Assembly (NCBI GenBank): GCA_900549415.1
Contig: URNX01000004.1
Coordinates: 19,967 to 83,966, forward strand
DNA length: 64,000 nucleotides
Reading direction: 5' to 3'
Origin: an uncultured bacterium
GTDB taxonomy: Bacteria; Verrucomicrobiota; Lentisphaeria; Victivallales; UBA1829
Notes under the pieces: generated by a model
Seen by the model: only the letters and a program-made list of their open reading frames with translations
What the model was told of the DNA's origin: nothing
Database searches by the model: none
In this document: piece by piece, positions 63,789 through 64,000 of the stretch
Position numbering within the stretch: the stretch's first letter is position 1
How the letters are laid out: each line of letters opens with the position of its first letter
Program-made: the position numbers and the translations under genes

Positions 63789-64000
63789 TTAATCTTCGAC
63801 CAGGGGACGGAGGTGGATCGTTTTTTGTTCCTTATGGTTTTTTTGCCGTTCCTGAAGACAAATCCGCTGGTATTCTCTTGGGGTATAACCGGTGATTTTG
63901 GAGAAAATCCGGTAAAATTGGGCGTAGCTTCCGAATCCTGACTGGTAGACGGCTTCGGAAAGATTGAAGCGTTTTCCAGTATTGTAAACGGTCAGGAAAC
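63789..64000 (-). CDS. AraC family transcriptional regulator, C-terminal fragment (5' end outside window)
   Basis: My own reverse-strand translation gives ...FNLSEAVYQSGFGSYAQFYRIFSKITGYTPREYQRICLQERQ..., ending at the TAA complement at 63789-63791. This ORF is not in the supplied track because it lacks a start inside the window. Confidence 0.7.
   Translation of the reverse strand, partial: FLTVYNTGKRFNLSEAVYQSGFGSYAQFYRIFSKITGYTPREYQRICLQERQKNHKEQKTIHLRPLVED

Noticed and set aside
1-64000. CRISPR arrays, rRNA/tRNA genes, IS elements and integrons
   Set aside because: The intergenic regions are all about 200 bp or shorter and contain only the hairpins and short repeats listed above. I saw no repeat-spacer periodicity, no cloverleaf-like segments and no transposase, integrase or recombinase-like translation.

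Overview
High-GC bacterial chromosomal segment, almost fully coding, with no rRNA, tRNA, CRISPR array, transposase or integrase that I can see. The likely source is a PVC-superphylum organism (Lentisphaerae/Victivallales- or Kiritimatiellae-like). I infer this from four 'FTLIELLV...H-X9-DG' pseudopilin-like genes.

The window is dominated by glycan and uronate catabolism:
- uxuA 3' end, GH38, a heparinase II/III-like lyase, two SGNH esterases and a PfkB kinase.
- GH78-like, GH28, a PL22-like beta-propeller, GH36 and GH2.
- Two large secreted clan GH-A-like enzymes, and a decayed GH127 plus TIM-barrel isomerase pair.
- A dense set of local regulators: 5 AraC, IclR, LacI and MarR.

Other content:
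- A manA-argS operon that ends in a catalytically dead haloalkane-dehalogenase-fold protein coupled to an MTHFR/MetV-like protein.
- An orphan pair of tandem secretin paralogs preceded by a TRL lipoprotein.
- An AT-richer accessory patch at about 22.6-32.4 kb. It holds a Bro-N::class III Fic fusion, a MarR plus Cys-rich protein pair, a lipocalin, an ADP-ribosylglycohydrolase-like protein, a monocistronic phage-portal-like gene divergent from a Cache-domain Ser/Thr kinase, and two tail-anchored membrane proteins.

Best candidates for something undescribed:
1. Four regulator-CAZyme operons each carry their own pseudopilin with a non-canonical (no Gly at -1) class III leader, and the window also holds the orphan secretin pair. 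Together these suggest a pilin/secretin-centred, PUL-like glycan system.
2. The orphan portal homolog paired with the eSTK.

All family assignments come from motif recognition by eye. No database search was run.
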